Below, in pieces: positions 13,538 to 27,798 of a DNA stretch of 64,000 nt (its first letter is position 1; each line of letters starts with the position of its first letter). A program made the translations under genes and the position numbers. Under the pieces are notes generated by a model. The model was given only the letters and a program-made list of their open reading frames with translations. It ran no database searches and was not told the DNA's origin. The DNA comes from Felis catus (Eukaryota): assembly GCF_018350175.1 (NCBI RefSeq), contig NC_058369.1, positions 15,378,001-15,442,000 of the forward strand, read 5' to 3'.

Positions 13538-13699
13538 ATGTCTTATACAATTCAAAGAATAAAGTGAACATCGCTGCACCCTCCTTCTCAGTTTGAGAAA
13601 GAGTATTCCAGTCCCTTAGAACACCCAGGGTCCCCTACCCTGTCTTACTCTGTCCCTACTCACCGCCCCTCCCCTGGCCAATCCCTATCCTGCATTACT

Positions 13700-14920
13700 C
13701 ACTTTCTTCTCTTTATAAATTTATCACCTCTGTATGTAGTTTTGAAACAGTGTGTGTTTTTTGGTTTTCTTGTGTGTGAGCTTTATATGTGGAGAATCAT
13801 ATTTCGTGTATTCCCTCTCGCTTTCCTCGCTCAGCATTTTTGGGGGCTCATCCACACTGGTGCACAGAGTTACGTTGCGTTTCTGTTTCCCCGCTGTGTG
13901 GTAGTCGCTCACGTGGCGTGGAATTTCCAGCGCAGAACACAGTTTATGTGTCCATCCGCCCCTCGTGGCTGGTGGAGTGTTTTGTGCAGCGATGAGCCAA
14001 GCCAGACGGTGAGTGTTCCGGTACGTATTTGCTGACATACAGTGTTAGCATGTGTCTGGCATGTGTCCCTAAGAGCCGAGCTCCTGAACCGCGCGGGGTA
14101 TGCACGTGCCCGACCTCACTCAGGAACACCCCGCTTGTTTTCAGACTGCTCACATAAACCTGTGCTCATGCGAGCAGAGATGAGGTCCCCGTCACCGCAC
14201 GGCTCCTTCACGTCCACGTTGGTTACCTGATGGATCCGTTTGTGGGTCACGGTTGAAATGAGAGACATTGAGCACTCAGTGAAGCTTAGCAGTTATCAAC
14301 GTGTCTAGGGGACCGGTGTGTTTTCCCTTCCGGTAAATCCCTGTGTCCTTTGTGCGTTGCTGGGTTGTCTTCTATTGACTGTAGGAACTTTGAAAATATT
14401 CTGGATGCTAATCCTTTTCCAGCTATATGTATTGCAAGTATTTTTTCCCGGGTCTCAATTTCTCTAATTTTTATGGTGTCTTTTGACGAGTAGAAACTCT
14501 GAAGTTAATGCAGTAAATTTTAATGATTTTTTTCCTTTCGGGCTGTTTGTTGCTTTTAGTGTCTCAGTGCCCTCAGTGGGCCAGTCCACGCATTGCCTTG
14601 CTGATCTTTAGTTGCCTCTCCATCAATGTCATGTTTCTGCGTATATATACAAGGGCCTGTTTATAGGATCTTTATTCTGTCTGTTGGTTCGTTTGCTTTT
14701 TGCTGTGCTTGTTATTTATTGGCTTTATTTTAATTTTACAAGCCTTACTGTTTGGTAAGGGTAGTCCTTCTACTTTGTTCTTTTTCTTTAGGAACAGCTT
14801 GGCTGTGATCAAATCTTTTGCCCTTCCATATGAATTTTAGATTCACTCTGTCACATTCCACAAAAATATCTATTGGGAGTTTAATGAAATTGCACTGAGT
14901 CTGGATACTCACTGATAGCT
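13700..14920 (-). mobile_element. Ancient L1M-type fragments
   Basis: Degenerate antisense ORF2/3' motifs (ctaatccttt...tattgcaagtatttt; tgaattttag...gaaattgcactga). Confidence 0.65.
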
Positions 14921-14941
14921 TTTCTCACTCTTCCTTTTTTT

Positions 14942-14972
14942 CTTTTAAATTTTTTAAATGTTTATTTTTGAG

Positions 14973-15012
<40 letters not shown>

Positions 15013-15179
15013 CATGAGCAGGGGAGGGACAGAGAGAGAGGGAGACACAGAATCTGCATCAGGCTCCAGGCTCTGAGCCGTCAGCCCAGAGCCTGACGCG
15101 GGACTCGAACTCACGAACTGTGAGATCGTGACTTGAGCTGAAGTCGGACGCTCAACCGACTGAGCCACCCAAGTGCCCC
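14942..15179 (-). mobile_element. CAN-SINE with TSD ctcactcttccttttt
   Basis: SINE body, long (GA)n. Confidence 0.93.
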
Positions 15180-15518
15180 CTCACTCTTCCTTTTTATGTC
15201 TCTGACCTTAACATCTGAAATCATTTCCTTTATCTGAAATATATATTTTAGAATATCTTTCATCCTCTTTAGTGAAGGTCCATCTATTAGCTTTTATTTG
15301 ATATTTCAACCTCATTTCTTAGTTTACCAGCTCAGTGACACCTTTAAAACAATTCTTTTTTTATAACTTGTCTGGCTTTTTCACTTATTTATCAGCAGGA
15401 CAATAATTTAGGTTATTTTGTCTGCCATACCATCAGGAGCATAATTCCTGGGTTTTTTTTCAATTACGGTTGTATTTTGTTTTTTGTATCTTTAATTCAG
15501 CATCTGTTACACTATTTG

Positions 15519-15721
15519 TTTTTAATGTTTATTTATTTGTTTTGAGAGAGAGAGAGCACACTCATGCATGGGAGGGGCAGGGACAGAGGGAATCCTATGC
15601 GGGCTCCACGCTTACTCAGTGCAGAGGCCAACCTGGGGCTCGAACTCACAACCTGTGAGATCATAGCTTGAGCTGAAATCAAGAGCCAGACGCCTAACTG
15701 ACTAAGCCACCCAGGCACCCC
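15519..15721 (-). mobile_element. CAN-SINE (older)
   Basis: SINE body. Confidence 0.88.
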
Positions 15722-16347
15722 TTAGACTATTTTTTAATTGCAGAGAAAAAAAGGGAAAAAAAAATCTGATGATCTCTTTGTCCAGATAACCCATGTTAAC
15801 AACTTAAAAATGCAAAATAATAAAGTAATGCATGTCTAAGGTTAAGAGTTTTTTTCTTAACTGCACAGAAACTGAACATTGAAGTCTCACTCCCTCCAGG
15901 CCAACCTCCACCCCTCCCCCCTCAACCTGTTAATGGCTTCTTTTGGTCTCTTCCAGAAAAACATTTTGCATTACCTCCATGTTTCTGTTGATAGACTTAT
16001 TTTTAAAACGTGACATATATTACACACGTGCCTTTTTGCTTTTTTGATTTAATAATATATCCTAGTGATCCTTCTACATCAGCATGTGCCGACCCCCCAT
16101 CCTTTGTAATTTACGCACAGTACCCCATCATAATGGATCTCCCGTGATTTATGTAAGCAATCACCTATTTTTCCAATTGCTATTACAAAAAAAAAAAAAA
16201 GAGTCAGGTGACTCTCACTGTCTGTGTTCTCAGCTGGTATTTGGGTTTATATCTGTAAGTCCAAGTCCCGACATGAAAATGCTGGGTCAAAGGATATGTG
16301 TTTTTAAAATTTTGATATATAAAAAATATATTACTTTAAAAATCTCA

Positions 16348-16555
16348 GGGGCTCCTGGGTGGCTCAGTTAAGCGTCCAACTTTGACTCACGTCATGATCT
16401 CGTGGTTCGTGAGTTCAAGCCCCGCGTCCAGCTCTGTCCTGCTTCAGATTTTGTGTCTCCCCCTCTCTCCGCCCCTCCCCCGCTCATGCTCTGTCTCTCT
16501 CTCAAAAATAAATAAACACGAAAAGAAATTTTTTTAATCAAAAAATAAATAAAGA
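16348..16555 (+). mobile_element. CAN-SINE with internal deletion
   Basis: Head, (CT)n, A tail. Confidence 0.88.
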
Positions 16556-16808
16556 AAAAAGAGAAAGGAAAGAAATGTCTGAATAGACTCTAAGGGGAAA
16601 AAAAGACCAACTTATTTAAAATCTGTTAATAGAACTTTGTGCGTCGCCGCAAACCTTCTGTAGAGCGTGGCAATCGCCTTGTACAAATATCTGACCTACA
16701 TCATATATCTTCTATCTTGCTAGTCAAGAGCATGGCTATATATAGATGTATGTGTGCGTGTGTATTTGAATGTATAAAGGATATTTGACTTAAGCATATC
16801 TGTTTGTA

Positions 16809-17020
16809 GAGTGCCTGGGTGGGTCAGTCGGTTGAGTGTCCAACTTCGGTTCAGGTCATGATCTCATGGTTCGTGGGTTCGAGCCCCGCACTGGGCTCTG
16901 GGCTGACAGCTCGGAGCCTGCAGCCTGCTTCATATTCTGTGTGTGTCTCTCTCTGTGCCCCTCCCCTGCTCATGCTCTGTCTCTCTCTCTCAAAAACAAG
17001 TAAACATGAAAAATAAATAA
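16809..17020 (+). mobile_element. CAN-SINE
   Basis: Head, (CT)n, A tail. Confidence 0.9.
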
Positions 17021-17502
17021 ATATCTCTAGTAACGCAGACTACAGTCTAGTTTCTGCAAAATGAAGCATTATGAAAGCCCCCTCCCTTCACCCCCCCTCA
17101 GACCTGCTCCCTCTCTCTGTGCACACACACGCAGATTACGAGTCTGTGGTACAGAAAACGCATTTAGTTTATACATCAAATTAAATGCTGAAAATAATTT
17201 TCTTCTCATTAGTCCCAGAGCCCTTCATGTGTCAAAATAAACTGATTGCATCAGAAGGACAGTGAATACATTAACAGCATTAACCCTCAGTCGGAATGTT
17301 TGTGCCTTGAAACTTTTCCCATTCTGCCTTGAATTTCTTCTCTGTGGAAACTTCTTTACCTCATCAGATAAAACTTCCCCGTGAGGATGGGAATTGTGTC
17401 CTGTTGCTGTGACAGTATCGTGGAGACTGTACATTCTCAGTGGATATTTGTTTAAATTGAGTTTAAGCCCTTGATATAAACAGATAAAAGTTTATGCTTT
17501 TC

Positions 17503-17604
17503 GGGGCTCCTGGCTGGCTCACTCGGTCGAGCGTGCGACTCTTGATCTCTGGGTCATGAGTTCAAGCCCCATGTTGGGCGTGGAGCCTACTTAAAAGAAA
17601 AAAA
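17503..17604 (+). mobile_element. Short CAN-SINE (tRNA-Lys-like head plus A tail)
   Basis: gactcttgatctc...gagttcaagcccc...cctacttaaaa; flanking aagtttatg repeat. Confidence 0.85.
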
Positions 17605-18489
17605 TGAAACGAAAGAAGTTTATGTTTCCACAAGGAAGTGTCCTCCTTGGGCTAGAGAGAAAATTCACCATGAGAAACGTTTCCTTCTGATGCAGGTCTA
17701 GAAACGAAGACCATAAATGATTTCTGGCCCCAAGGCCCATTTGTGCTTCTGAAGTTATTTGCAGGAGCAGTGAACAAACCAATAAATGAGTCAATGGCTA
17801 ACTATTTTAAACTATAAGACAAGGCCTGGCTACTTTTATGACTCCTGTACAGTGGTTTGAGAACTATATTCGAGGAGAAAAAAATGTTTGCGGCGTTCGG
17901 ATGTAATTGTCAAGTCCCGTTTGGGGTAGGACTTGGTGTCTGTTGAAATGAATTTCTAACCCACAGAGCCTCCAGACCCCTGGAACTTGCTTTTCCATCA
18001 GCCTTAAGGGACAGCTGTCCGGTGTACTTCGAAATATACCTGTGCAGTATTTTGTGTGCGTTTTTATAAGTTCTTTACGAGATAGTAAGATTCTATTCCG
18101 TGCCCTCCCCCCCCCCAAAAAAAAGGAGACATTTATTTTAAGTACTCAAAATCTGACCTTGAAGAAGTTGCAGGAATTCCCCTTATCTCCGTGTCTCAAC
18201 GCAGTTGTTAGGGTCACTCTCCTGCGAAATCACATCAGGGCCAGGACAGCCTCTGACCATGGCCTTTTCATCAGGGGTGTCTCCACAAACCAGTCGGCCT
18301 CAAACGAAATGAGTCACCCGCCTTCTGTGGTAAAATTCAGGATTCTCCAGTCAGAACGTTTGAAGACCTTCAAACAACTTTTTCCAGCTGGCCTAGGAGG
18401 AAAAACTGAGACCTGTCAACCACGGGTGTATTTGTGTCTCTTTATTTATTAGCTGTTTTTGCTGACACGTATCTAAATCAGAACTTTAT

Positions 18490-20080
18490 TTTTTCGTTCT
18501 TTCTTTTTTTTAAAAATTTACTTATTGTTTATTTACATCCAAGTGAGTTAGCAGATAGTGCAACACTGATTTCAGGAGGAGATTCCTTAGTGCCCCTTCC
18601 CCATTCAGCCCATCCCCCCCTCCCACACCCCCTCCAGGAACACTCTGTTTGTTCTCCATATTTAAGAGTCTCTTCTGTTTTGACCCCTCCCTGTTTTTAT
18701 ATTCTTTTTGCTTCCCTTCGCTTATAGTCATCTGTTTAGTATCTTAAATTCCTCATATGAGTGAAGTCATATGATATTTGTCTTTCTCTAATTCCGCTTA
18801 GCATAATACCCTCCAGTTCCATCCACGTAGTTGCAAATGGCAAGATTTCATTCTTTTTGATTGCCGAGTAATACTCCATTGTATATGTATCCCACATCTT
18901 CTTTATCCATTCATCCATCAATGGACATGTGGGCTCTTTCCATACTTTGGCTATTGTTGATGGTGCTGCTATAAACCTGGGGGTGCGTGTGTCCCTTTGA
19001 AACAGCACACCTGTATCCCGTGGATAAATGCCTAGTAGTGCCATTGCTGGGTCGTCGGGTAGTTCTATTTTTAGTTTTTTGAGGAACCTCCATACTGTTT
19101 TCCAGAGTGGCTGCACCAGCTTGCATTCCCACCAGCGGTGCAAAAGAGATCCCCTTTCTCCGCATCCTCACCAACATCTGTTGTTGCCTGAGTTGTTAAT
19201 ATTAGCTATTCTGACACGTGTGAGGTGGTATCTCACTGTGGTTTTGATTTGAATTTCCCTGATGATGGGTGTTGTGGAGGATTTTTTCATGTGTCGGTTG
19301 GACATCTGGATGTCTTCTTTGGAGAAGTGTCTATTCATACCTTTTGCCCATTTCTTCACTGGATTATTTGTTTTTTTGCGTGTTGGGTTTGATAAGTTCT
19401 TTACAGATTTCGGATAGTAACCCTTTATCTGATACATCGTGTGCAAATACCTTCTCCCATTCCATCAGTTGGCTTTTAGTTTTGCTGATTGTTCCCTTTG
19501 CTGTGCAGAAGCTTTTTATCTTGATGAGGTCCCAATAGTTCATGTTTGCTTTTGTTTCCCTTGCCTCTGGAGACGGTTTGAGTAAGAAGTTGCTGCGGCC
19601 AAGGTCAAAGAGGTTTTTGCCTGCTCTCTCCTCGAGGATTTTAATGGCTTTCTGTCTTACATTGAGGTCTTTCATCCATTTTGAGTTTATTTTTGTGTCT
19701 GGTGTAAGAAAGTGGTCCAGGTTCATTCTTCTGCATGTCGCTGTCCAGTTTTCCCAGCACCACTTGCCGAAGAGACTGTCTTTATTCCATTGGCTATTCT
19801 TTCCTGCTTTGTCAGAGATGAGTTGGCCATACGTTTGTGGGTCCATTTCTAGGTTCTCTATTCTGTTCCATTGATCTGAGTGTCTGTTTCTGTGCCGGTA
19901 CCGAATACTGTCTTGATTACAGCTTTGTAATACGTCTTGAAGTCCAGAATTGTCATGCCTCCAGCTTTGGGTTTTTTTTTCAGGATTGCTTTGGCTATTC
20001 GGGGCCTTTTCTGGTTCCATACACATTGTAGGATTGTTTGTTCTAGCTCTGGGAAGAATGCTGGTGTTTTTTTGACAGCG
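18490..20080 (-). mobile_element. 5'-truncated carnivore L1 (ORF2 C-terminus plus 3'UTR), frameshifted
   Basis: ORF pieces [49 protein letters not shown] are typical L1 ORF2p; T-rich tail at left. Confidence 0.95.
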
Positions 20081-20219
20081 ATTGCTACGTCTATTTCTGT
20101 ATTACTCTTGGTTAACGTTTGGTTAGCCCTGTCCTTCCGGGAGGGATTTGAGGCTACTGCCACTCCCTGTTGTTTTCATTTCTCACCCCCCTGGCCACCA
20201 TCTAAGATAGTTATCTCTA

Positions 20220-20330
20220 GGAGCACCTGGCTGGCTCCATTGGTGGAGCGTGTGACTCTTGATCTTAGGGTCGCGAGTTTGAGCCCCGTGGTGGGTGTAA
20301 AGATTACTTTAAAAATAAACAAACAAGCAA
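20220..20330 (+). mobile_element. Short CAN-SINE
   Basis: tRNA-like head plus A-rich tail. Confidence 0.82.
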
Positions 20331-20708
20331 ATGAATGTAGTAATGATAGCCTGGGAGCCCGAGGCCTCTGTCCCATGTCCGTGTGGGCCACTACCTCGCG
20401 TGTGGACGAGTAACCTGTTTGGTTCTCAGGGGCCTCACGTGCGAGGAATTCTGTCGACTCTAAGCACTGGATTTGCTCTGTAATTCTGGCTAAGTTTCAT
20501 CAACTTACCACAAAGTCTTAGGTAGTTCTAATACTCTTTCCTGCTTTCTAAGTGAGTTCTGGCCCTCTTTCACACTTGCACATTTAGGTCTGTGCTCTGA
20601 GGTTTTCATGGATCTCTTTACCCTCCACCAGAAGCTGGCCTCCGGTCTGGGTGTGCCCCCACATGGGACAGCACGTGTGCTGTTGTGCATCAGAAATACC
20701 AGGTTACT

Positions 20709-20933
20709 GGGGCGTCTGGGTGGCTCAGTGGGTTAAATGGCCGACTTCGGCTCAGGTCATGATCTCACAGCTCATGAGTTCGAGCCCCGCGTCGGGCTCT
20801 GTGCTGACAGCTTGGAGCCTGGAGCCTGCTTCAGATTCTGTGTCTCCCTCTCTCCCTGCCCCTCCTCTACTCATGCTCTGTCTCTCTCTGTCTCAAAAAT
20901 AAATAAACATTAAAAAAAGAAAAAAAGAAAGAA
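20709..20933 (+). mobile_element. CAN-SINE with 17-bp TSD
   Basis: agaaataccaggttact at 20692 and 20934. Confidence 0.94.
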
Positions 20934-20979
20934 AGAAATACCAGGTTACTGATCAAGCCAGAATTAACGTCCCCGGGAG

Positions 20980-21680
20980 ATTTGCCAAAGAAGATACGCA
21001 AATGATGAAGAGGCCTACTCTAAAATGCTTCCCTCTCTGGTAGTCAAAGAAATACAGTGAAACAGAAGTGAGGCACCATTTTCCGTATAGCAGAGAGGCT
21101 GGGATGAACAGCGTCCCCTGTGCTGCGGGAAGGCCGTTTGGAACAACCTTTACGAAAAGCAGTTTGATGATATACGGCGAGAGCCTTAGAAACATTCACA
21201 CTTTTGGACACACTAATTGTACTTCTAGAAACCTAGCCCAAGGGAATAATCAGAAATGCAAACTTATGCACCCAACTGTACACGTGTTATTTCAAGTAGC
21301 TACACGTTTAGATATGCCCTGTCGCCCCCACATTCTGAGAAAGAGTGAATAAAGGCTAGCCCCTGTACAACTCTTTAAAATTATATTACGTGGAATGTTT
21401 AGTAACACGGAGAAATGCATCTGAAGTACCTAGAACTGAAAAAAAAAAAAAAAAAACATGATACAGAATCATAGATGCAATTTGGCAATATCTCTGTATT
21501 TAAATGTACACACGCATATATACACATACGCAGAGCAAGAGAAAAGACTAGAAAAAACTATGCCAACATGTTAACACTAGTTTTCTCTGGAAGGTGAACT
21601 TATTGGTGGTTTTCTTACTTTTTAAGGCACTCCTGCTTTTTTTCCAGAGTTTTTACAGTGATTGTATAACCTTATAATAG
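20980..21680 (+). mobile_element. Ancient L1M 3' fragment
   Basis: caaagaagatacgcaaatg...gtgaggcaccatttt...aacctttacgaaaagcagtttg. Confidence 0.6.
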
Positions 21681-22066
21681 GAAAAAAGAATAAAAAAAAA
21701 AAAAAAAAAAGCAATCATTTACAGCCTAGATTCAGAAGCAGGGAAGTACCCGGGAGGAAGTACCCAGGGGAGGGCTTTGGCTGTGGCTGGACATCCCCGG
21801 GACGGAAGCCGCAGGGGCGCGCTGCAGAGAGGAACGTACCCAGCTCATCCCTGAACTGCAGTAAGGAAGCCTGTCTCTCCCTCTGTAAGGGACAGTGGTG
21901 AGGGACGGCGGTAGGCCCAGGAATCCTGTCAGGTTTTGTTGCTCTTAACTGCAACTCTGGGGAGACACGACATTCCCCGAAGTGACATTCTCCCTGTGGT
22001 TTGTTGTCAACCAAGAACAGTGGCCTGCTGATCACTGAGAACGCCACGGGCTCCAGTCCCCCAAGC

Positions 22067-22305
22067 TTTTTTTTTTTTTTTTTTTTTAATTTTTTTTTAA
22101 CGTTTATTTATTTTTGAGACAGAGAGAGACAGAGCATGAACGGGGGAGGGTCAGAGAGAGAGAGAGAGAGACACAGAATCCAAAACAGGCTCCAGGCTCT
22201 GAGCTGTCAGCACAGAGCCCGACGCGGGGCTCGAACTCACGGACCGCGAGATCATGACCTGAGCTGAAGTCAGCCGCTTAACCGACTGAGCCACCCAGGT
22301 GCCCC
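22067..22305 (-). mobile_element. CAN-SINE with TSD agtcccccaagctttt
   Basis: Long poly-T, intact body. Confidence 0.94.
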
Positions 22306-22457
22306 GAGTCCCCCAAGCTTTTATGTGTCTCTCTGATCACACCAGAAATGAGCCTTGGGGGCAAAGGAAGGGAAGAGAAACTTACCTTGGGTCTCACCAT
22401 ATCAGTAAGGGCTCCTTCCATGCTGCTAGCTGGTTGCTAAGAAATAGAAATGTAGTA

Positions 22458-22655
22458 TTTTTTTAATGTTTATTTTTGAGAGAGAGAGAGAAAGAAAGAC
22501 AGAGAGTACAGGCGGGGGGGGGGCGCGCAGAGCGAGCGGGACAGAGGATCTGAAGCGGACTCCATGCTGATAGCAGAGGGCCGGATGCGGGGGGAGATCA
22601 TGTGTGACCTGAGCCCAAATCAGACGCTTCACCGACCAAGCCACCCAGGCGCCCC
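22458..22655 (-). mobile_element. CAN-SINE
   Basis: TSD tagaaatg(g)tagtatttt. Confidence 0.88.
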
Positions 22656-22990
22656 TAGAAATGGTAGTATTTTAAGAATGAGCTATTGCTTAATGCTCAG
22701 ACCTGGGCTAATTATGTGATTCTGACGGCCCTCAGCACAGGGCAAGGAAGAGGAAGTTTGCAAAATCAGTCTGAAAAGTTGTTAGAGATTGTTTTCAGAA
22801 ATCCAGGGCTTTCTGTTTTCTTCTTTCCAGATCTATACAGGGGCCGGCTGACCAGGCCAGGGAGTGGGCAGCGGGCTGTCCAGGGCCTCCTGAGTACGTG
22901 AAATGTCATCTGCAGTGGCTAGTTGGGGCTCTGAAGAATCCTGGGATTCTGTTAGCCACATCCCAGTTAATACATTCCTTTGTATACAGT

Positions 22991-22993
<3 letters not shown>

Positions 22994-23037
<44 letters not shown>
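22994..23037. repeat. (TA)n microsatellite
   Basis: About 22 perfect units. Confidence 0.95.
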
Positions 23038-23039
<2 letters not shown>

Positions 23040-23257
23040 CACTTAAAATAGCCTATCAATCCATGTTCTGAAATTCCTTATTTATCCTAATAATTACTGG
23101 CCCTCCCCACCCTGCCCTTCCACCTGCCCCCCCCTTCCCACCTTGGTGGCACAAAGGTGGCTTTCCATGACCAGCCATCAAGGAAGTACTGAAGAGAACA
23201 TCACTCCCCATGATTCTGCTCGCACATACCCGTGCTGCAGCAAACGCGGGGTGGTAT

Positions 23258-23481
23258 TTTTTTTTAATTCTTTTTTTTTTTTTACTATATTATTTATTTA
23301 GAGAGAGAGAGAGAGAGAATGCAAGCAGGGGAGAGGGGGCAGAGGGGGAGACAGAGAATCTTAAGCAGGCTCCACGCTTAGCACGGAGCCTGACATGGGG
23401 CTCAATCTACGACCCTGGGGTCATGATCTGAGCCCAAATCGAGAGTCGGATGCTCAACCGACTGAGCCACCCAGGCGCCCC
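23258..23481 (-). mobile_element. CAN-SINE (older)
   Basis: TSD ggggtggtatt. Confidence 0.88.
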
Positions 23482-26400
23482 TCTAGGGGTGGTATTAAGG
23501 GCGCAGCAGGAGAGTGGGGACAGAGCAAAGAGCGCAGCGTTGCCTCCATGGCAGTGAAACCAGCCGGGCCCCCGCAGGCAGAGACCCTGCGTGACGCCCA
23601 CCTTTGATGCTTCTACGCCAGAGGGGTTTGGGGGTGGTTTCAGATCTTCCACTTCCTTATAAAGCCCTCGGCTGTACACGCTCACTGTGATGCATGAGTA
23701 ACTCAGTTGCTTCTGCAAGTTTGTCCCCGGTGCCATTTGTCGAGTGAATGAATGAGCACGTAGGGAATACGTTACACCGGCTGTGAATCTGAGTAATGAG
23801 CTTGGCGATGGTGTGACCGCTGCTCCCGCGGGACCGGGTTCCGAGCTCAGCGGGGGCCCTTGACGTCCTTGTCCCTCATTCCCATGCACCTCGCGCCTCC
23901 ATATCACACTAGAGCGTCCTCCTTATGGCGTTGATGGTTATTTCTGAGCGTGTCTTGGCCCACCGTTTTACTGTAAGCCTTCTAACCGCAGAGTGCTGTG
24001 TACCCGTTTGTGGCTCAAATACACGTTGAATGAATACACAAGTGTGGTTCCTCATTCCGAGCTACACTACTTGTGGGTGGATGTGACCGGCTTCAGCCAC
24101 GAGAATGGGATTCCCAAGGTCCGGTGGATCATTCCCTGGAGCCCTGAAGAGTGGGGGATGGGGGGACCACCGGGGAATGAGCGGGGAAGTGCCCCTTCCA
24201 CTGTGAAATCCAGTGTTAACGCTCTTGGGCTCTTGGGACCCTACCCCCCCCCCCGACTCGTCCCCTTGCTCCCACCCACCTTCCTGCGAGCTTAAGTGGA
24301 TGGAGTCTGAAACCGCTCACCGCGCCTCTCCCTGCAGAAAAGTCACGGCCCCGCCTGGGAGCCATAGTGTCCCGTGCCTGCCCTTTATCGGCCTTTCTCC
24401 CTCCACCTCGTGTCCCTCTCCACGTTGTCCCCGCCTCTGCTGCTGGCAGCTTTATTTCTCCTCTCGTGGAAACGGCGTTCATTTAGCTCAAACCAGTGAA
24501 CGATATCGAGCACCCACCATGAACTCAGCACCGGAAGGAGGCTCGCGGGAGGAGGGCAGAGGAGCAGCCTCCTTGAATACATAATAAAATTTAGTATCTG
24601 CCGGGCCCGGCTGCCAGGACCACACCGGACACACCGCCAACGGCCAGCTCTGGGGACAGCCTCCAGTGTGTACAGGCCCCTGGGATCCCTCACCCTCACC
24701 TGGAAAGGGTTAGAAGTGGTTTTGAGACAGGCAGAACTAATCGATGGTGTCAGCAGCCAGGCTGGTGGTGACCGCGGTGGGGAGGTGGGGCCTTTGGGAG
24801 GTTGGTGACGCTCTGTGGCCATCACAGGTGTGCTTATGTTGTGAAAATTCATCAGGTGTTACTCCCAGGATCCGTGTACTTTTCGATATGTGCGCGGCAC
24901 TTGATTTCGAAGTTTACTTAAAAAAACAAGACGAAGAAGAATGGGAACCCATGGGGCCCCGAAGAGCCTCTGGAAGTAGGGCCACGTGCTGGCAGGTGCA
25001 GTGCCGTCCGTTCCCAGAAGGTGGCAGCATCGAGCCACCTGATAACCTGCAGAGGCCAGAACAGGATTCCTGGGTTCTCACCCCCCACACCCCCCCCCCC
25101 CCCGGTCCCCTCTGGAGGCTGAAAGCTCTGCGGATTTTCACCATACTGCTCATCTTTGTCTTTGGGATCCAGATTCTTCCCTCCCTCCTTCCACCCTGAT
25201 TTTTAATTTCCCCTAAGAGCTACCAAAGCCGTCGCACTCAGAGTGGGAAAGGAAAGGAAAAACCTCAAAAACTCGTGCAGACAGTAACAGAAATTCATCC
25301 CACTGGCACCAGGCACAGAGGAGAGAAAGCAACGGTCTGTTTGTTGTTGTTTTGTTTCTGTTTCCTGTGAGGCTGCAGCATGAAAAATTAATCCGAGGAA
25401 GGTTCCAGCCTAAGAGGTGACCCGGTGCACCCTGAGTGCAGGCGCAGATCGGCCCCGTTGACCCCACCGATGCTCCGCGAAGCTTGGCGGGGGCAGCCCT
25501 TCCTTGGGAAATACTGGCTCCGTGTGCCTGGTGCTTTCGAATGTGTTTGTGTCCAGTCTGTTTCTTGACCTGCCCGATAAAAAGTGGCCATATGACTTGA
25601 TTTTGTTTTAAAACTGTTGCCGCAGAGCGAATGGGATGGGGTTAAAATCCTGGAATCGGATGGAAGGCAAAGATGCCTTCAAGAGCCAGCAACAGCAGCC
25701 ACCCGCGTCTTCCACCTGTGTCCCACCGTCCTTTTGTCTGAATGTGCATATTTATGCGTTCGTGCACCCGTCCACGTTTTCACCACGTCTCCTTTTGTTG
25801 TTGTTGTTGTTTTTTTGAGCTTGCCTGTTGGGCACAGCACTCAGTGCCGGGGACAGAAGGAAGACCAAGGGAGTAAAAGTCCTTACCGTGATGGGCATAG
25901 GGCCGGATGTGGACTGGTCTTTACGTTGTAATCACGGCACAGCCCGGACACGCTTCTCACGTGGTGTGTCCCAGATGCCGCGGGATACAAACGAGGGCCT
26001 GGGGACGTGTGCAGGGGACAGAAGCGGCCACCCAGAAAACGGAATGCCTGAGTTCAGAGGTGCAGGGCGAGTCCCGGTTTCCCCGGGAACGCAGGCTGAG
26101 ACCGCATTCCTGCCGGGGGGCACCTGATCCTGGGGAGCGTGACCCGTTCTGGGGACAGCCAAGTGTGCGCGTGACCTCTGCGAGGAACAAGCAAGTGGGT
26201 TTAAAGTGTCAGAGACACCAGGCAGGTAAACAGGGCTGATGGCAGAGGAAACCCCGCGCTCAGTCTGTGGGGTGCGGTTCTCTGAGCTTCCTGAGGAGAA
26301 TGCAGACAGGGGTCCTTGGGCATCAGAACCCCAGCCTGCTCTGGATAAAGCCTGCGTAGCCCGAGGACACAGGTCCCTGTGGCGTTTGTGCAGGTGTTCC

Positions 26401-26847
26401 GGGAAGCCGCAGACACAACTGCTCTCCCTTCAAGGCGCTTAGTTATTCAAATGCGGTGTAAGATCCAAGGGCATTTGATTGTTAAGTAATTTGTCCTGTT
26501 TTTCTGTACAAAAGACTCCTATTTCCTAGGAGTCTTGATGGGACGTGAACTGTGGCACCAAAGGATGCCATTCTGCCAATGTGACTTTGCCGGTGGCATG
26601 TCATGAGCGTGGTGGGAGGAAGGCAGCTTTCTGACTCGAATGGGTCTATTATGAAGATGGGTTTTAGAGGCTGGACAATGATATGATGACTTCTGTGCAC
26701 ATGTGGGGTTTGTTCCAAATTCACATGGGAGCGTGCCGGATGGCCCCTGTGACGCTCAATAATAACACTGAATAATTTGCACAATTGTGTAACATTCGAC
26801 TTGAATGTTATGCATAGTGGGTCTTTTCCACCGTGGAAAAAACCTCA

Positions 26848-26944
26848 GGGAGCCTGGGTGGCTCGGTTGGTTGAGCGTCCGGCTGTTGATTCCGGGTCCA
26901 ATCTCACCATTGTGCAACCGAAGCCCGCGTTGGGCAAAAAAAAA
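26848..26944 (+). mobile_element. Short diverged CAN-SINE head plus poly-A
   Basis: gggagcctgggtggctcgg...gcgttgggcaaaaaaaaa. Confidence 0.7.
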
Positions 26945-27798
26945 GGATAAGAAAATCCCTCTCCACCACCCTCGCCCTCGCGTATGCCTGCGTGTATACA
27001 CAATATACACTCCCAAGATTTTAAAATATGAAGGCTGAGAATCCCTTCTTCCGAACTGGCCCTCATCTCTTTTCCGGTCGGTCTATCCCATGCTACCCCC
27101 TGAGTCCCCGGCACGTTTCCCCTAAACGGCACCTGTCCGCACAGCCGTTGGACAAGGGCCACACAGATACAAACCAGGGGCCCGCCCAGCAGCCTTACTC
27201 AGTATCACGGGTCACCGAAATCCCACGGTCTTGTGTGAGAAACAAGGGTCCTGTTAACTTGACCGAGCCAGCTCCTGCCTACGACGCCAGAACAACACTT
27301 GTAGTCTGCTGGGCCTCTGAGGTCGTGTGGTTTTTTTGAACTTCTAAATAGCAGCCGCCTCGCGTCCGTGACCTTGAAGCAGCAACGGGTTTGTCTGTTG
27401 AAAGGTGCGTCGTGCTGCCGGCGATGCTTGGGAAGAACGTGGCTCCCGCCAAACGTTCCTACCTCTCAACAGACACGAAACGCGCACGCGTTACCAGCAC
27501 TTGTCTCCGCAAATCATTCTTGGAGTTTGGAATAGCTCTCGCTCTCGTGCTTTACAACGGAATCAGGTGGATTCTTCAGAATAAATAAACCGTTTCAAAT
27601 CGGAAATCACGTCATTTCCCCGTCATTTCAGTGTGAGGGTCAGCCTCTCCTTGTCCCCTTCGGAGAAAAAGTTTATATTGCAGGATTCATCCAGGAAAAG
27701 TGACTGAAACCATTTTTTAGAAAACGGGCACTATAAACAAATTATAACCCATGGGCACCGCAGACTACTAGAGAGCCGTTTAAAACCGAGATAGGTCT

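Noticed and set aside
13185..13579. Tyr/Ile-rich ORFs on both strands
   Set aside because: Translations of the TA-rich repeat
18736..20163. L1 ORF2-like ORFs as a functional gene
   Set aside because: 5'-truncated, frameshifted, lacking EN and RT core; a dead copy
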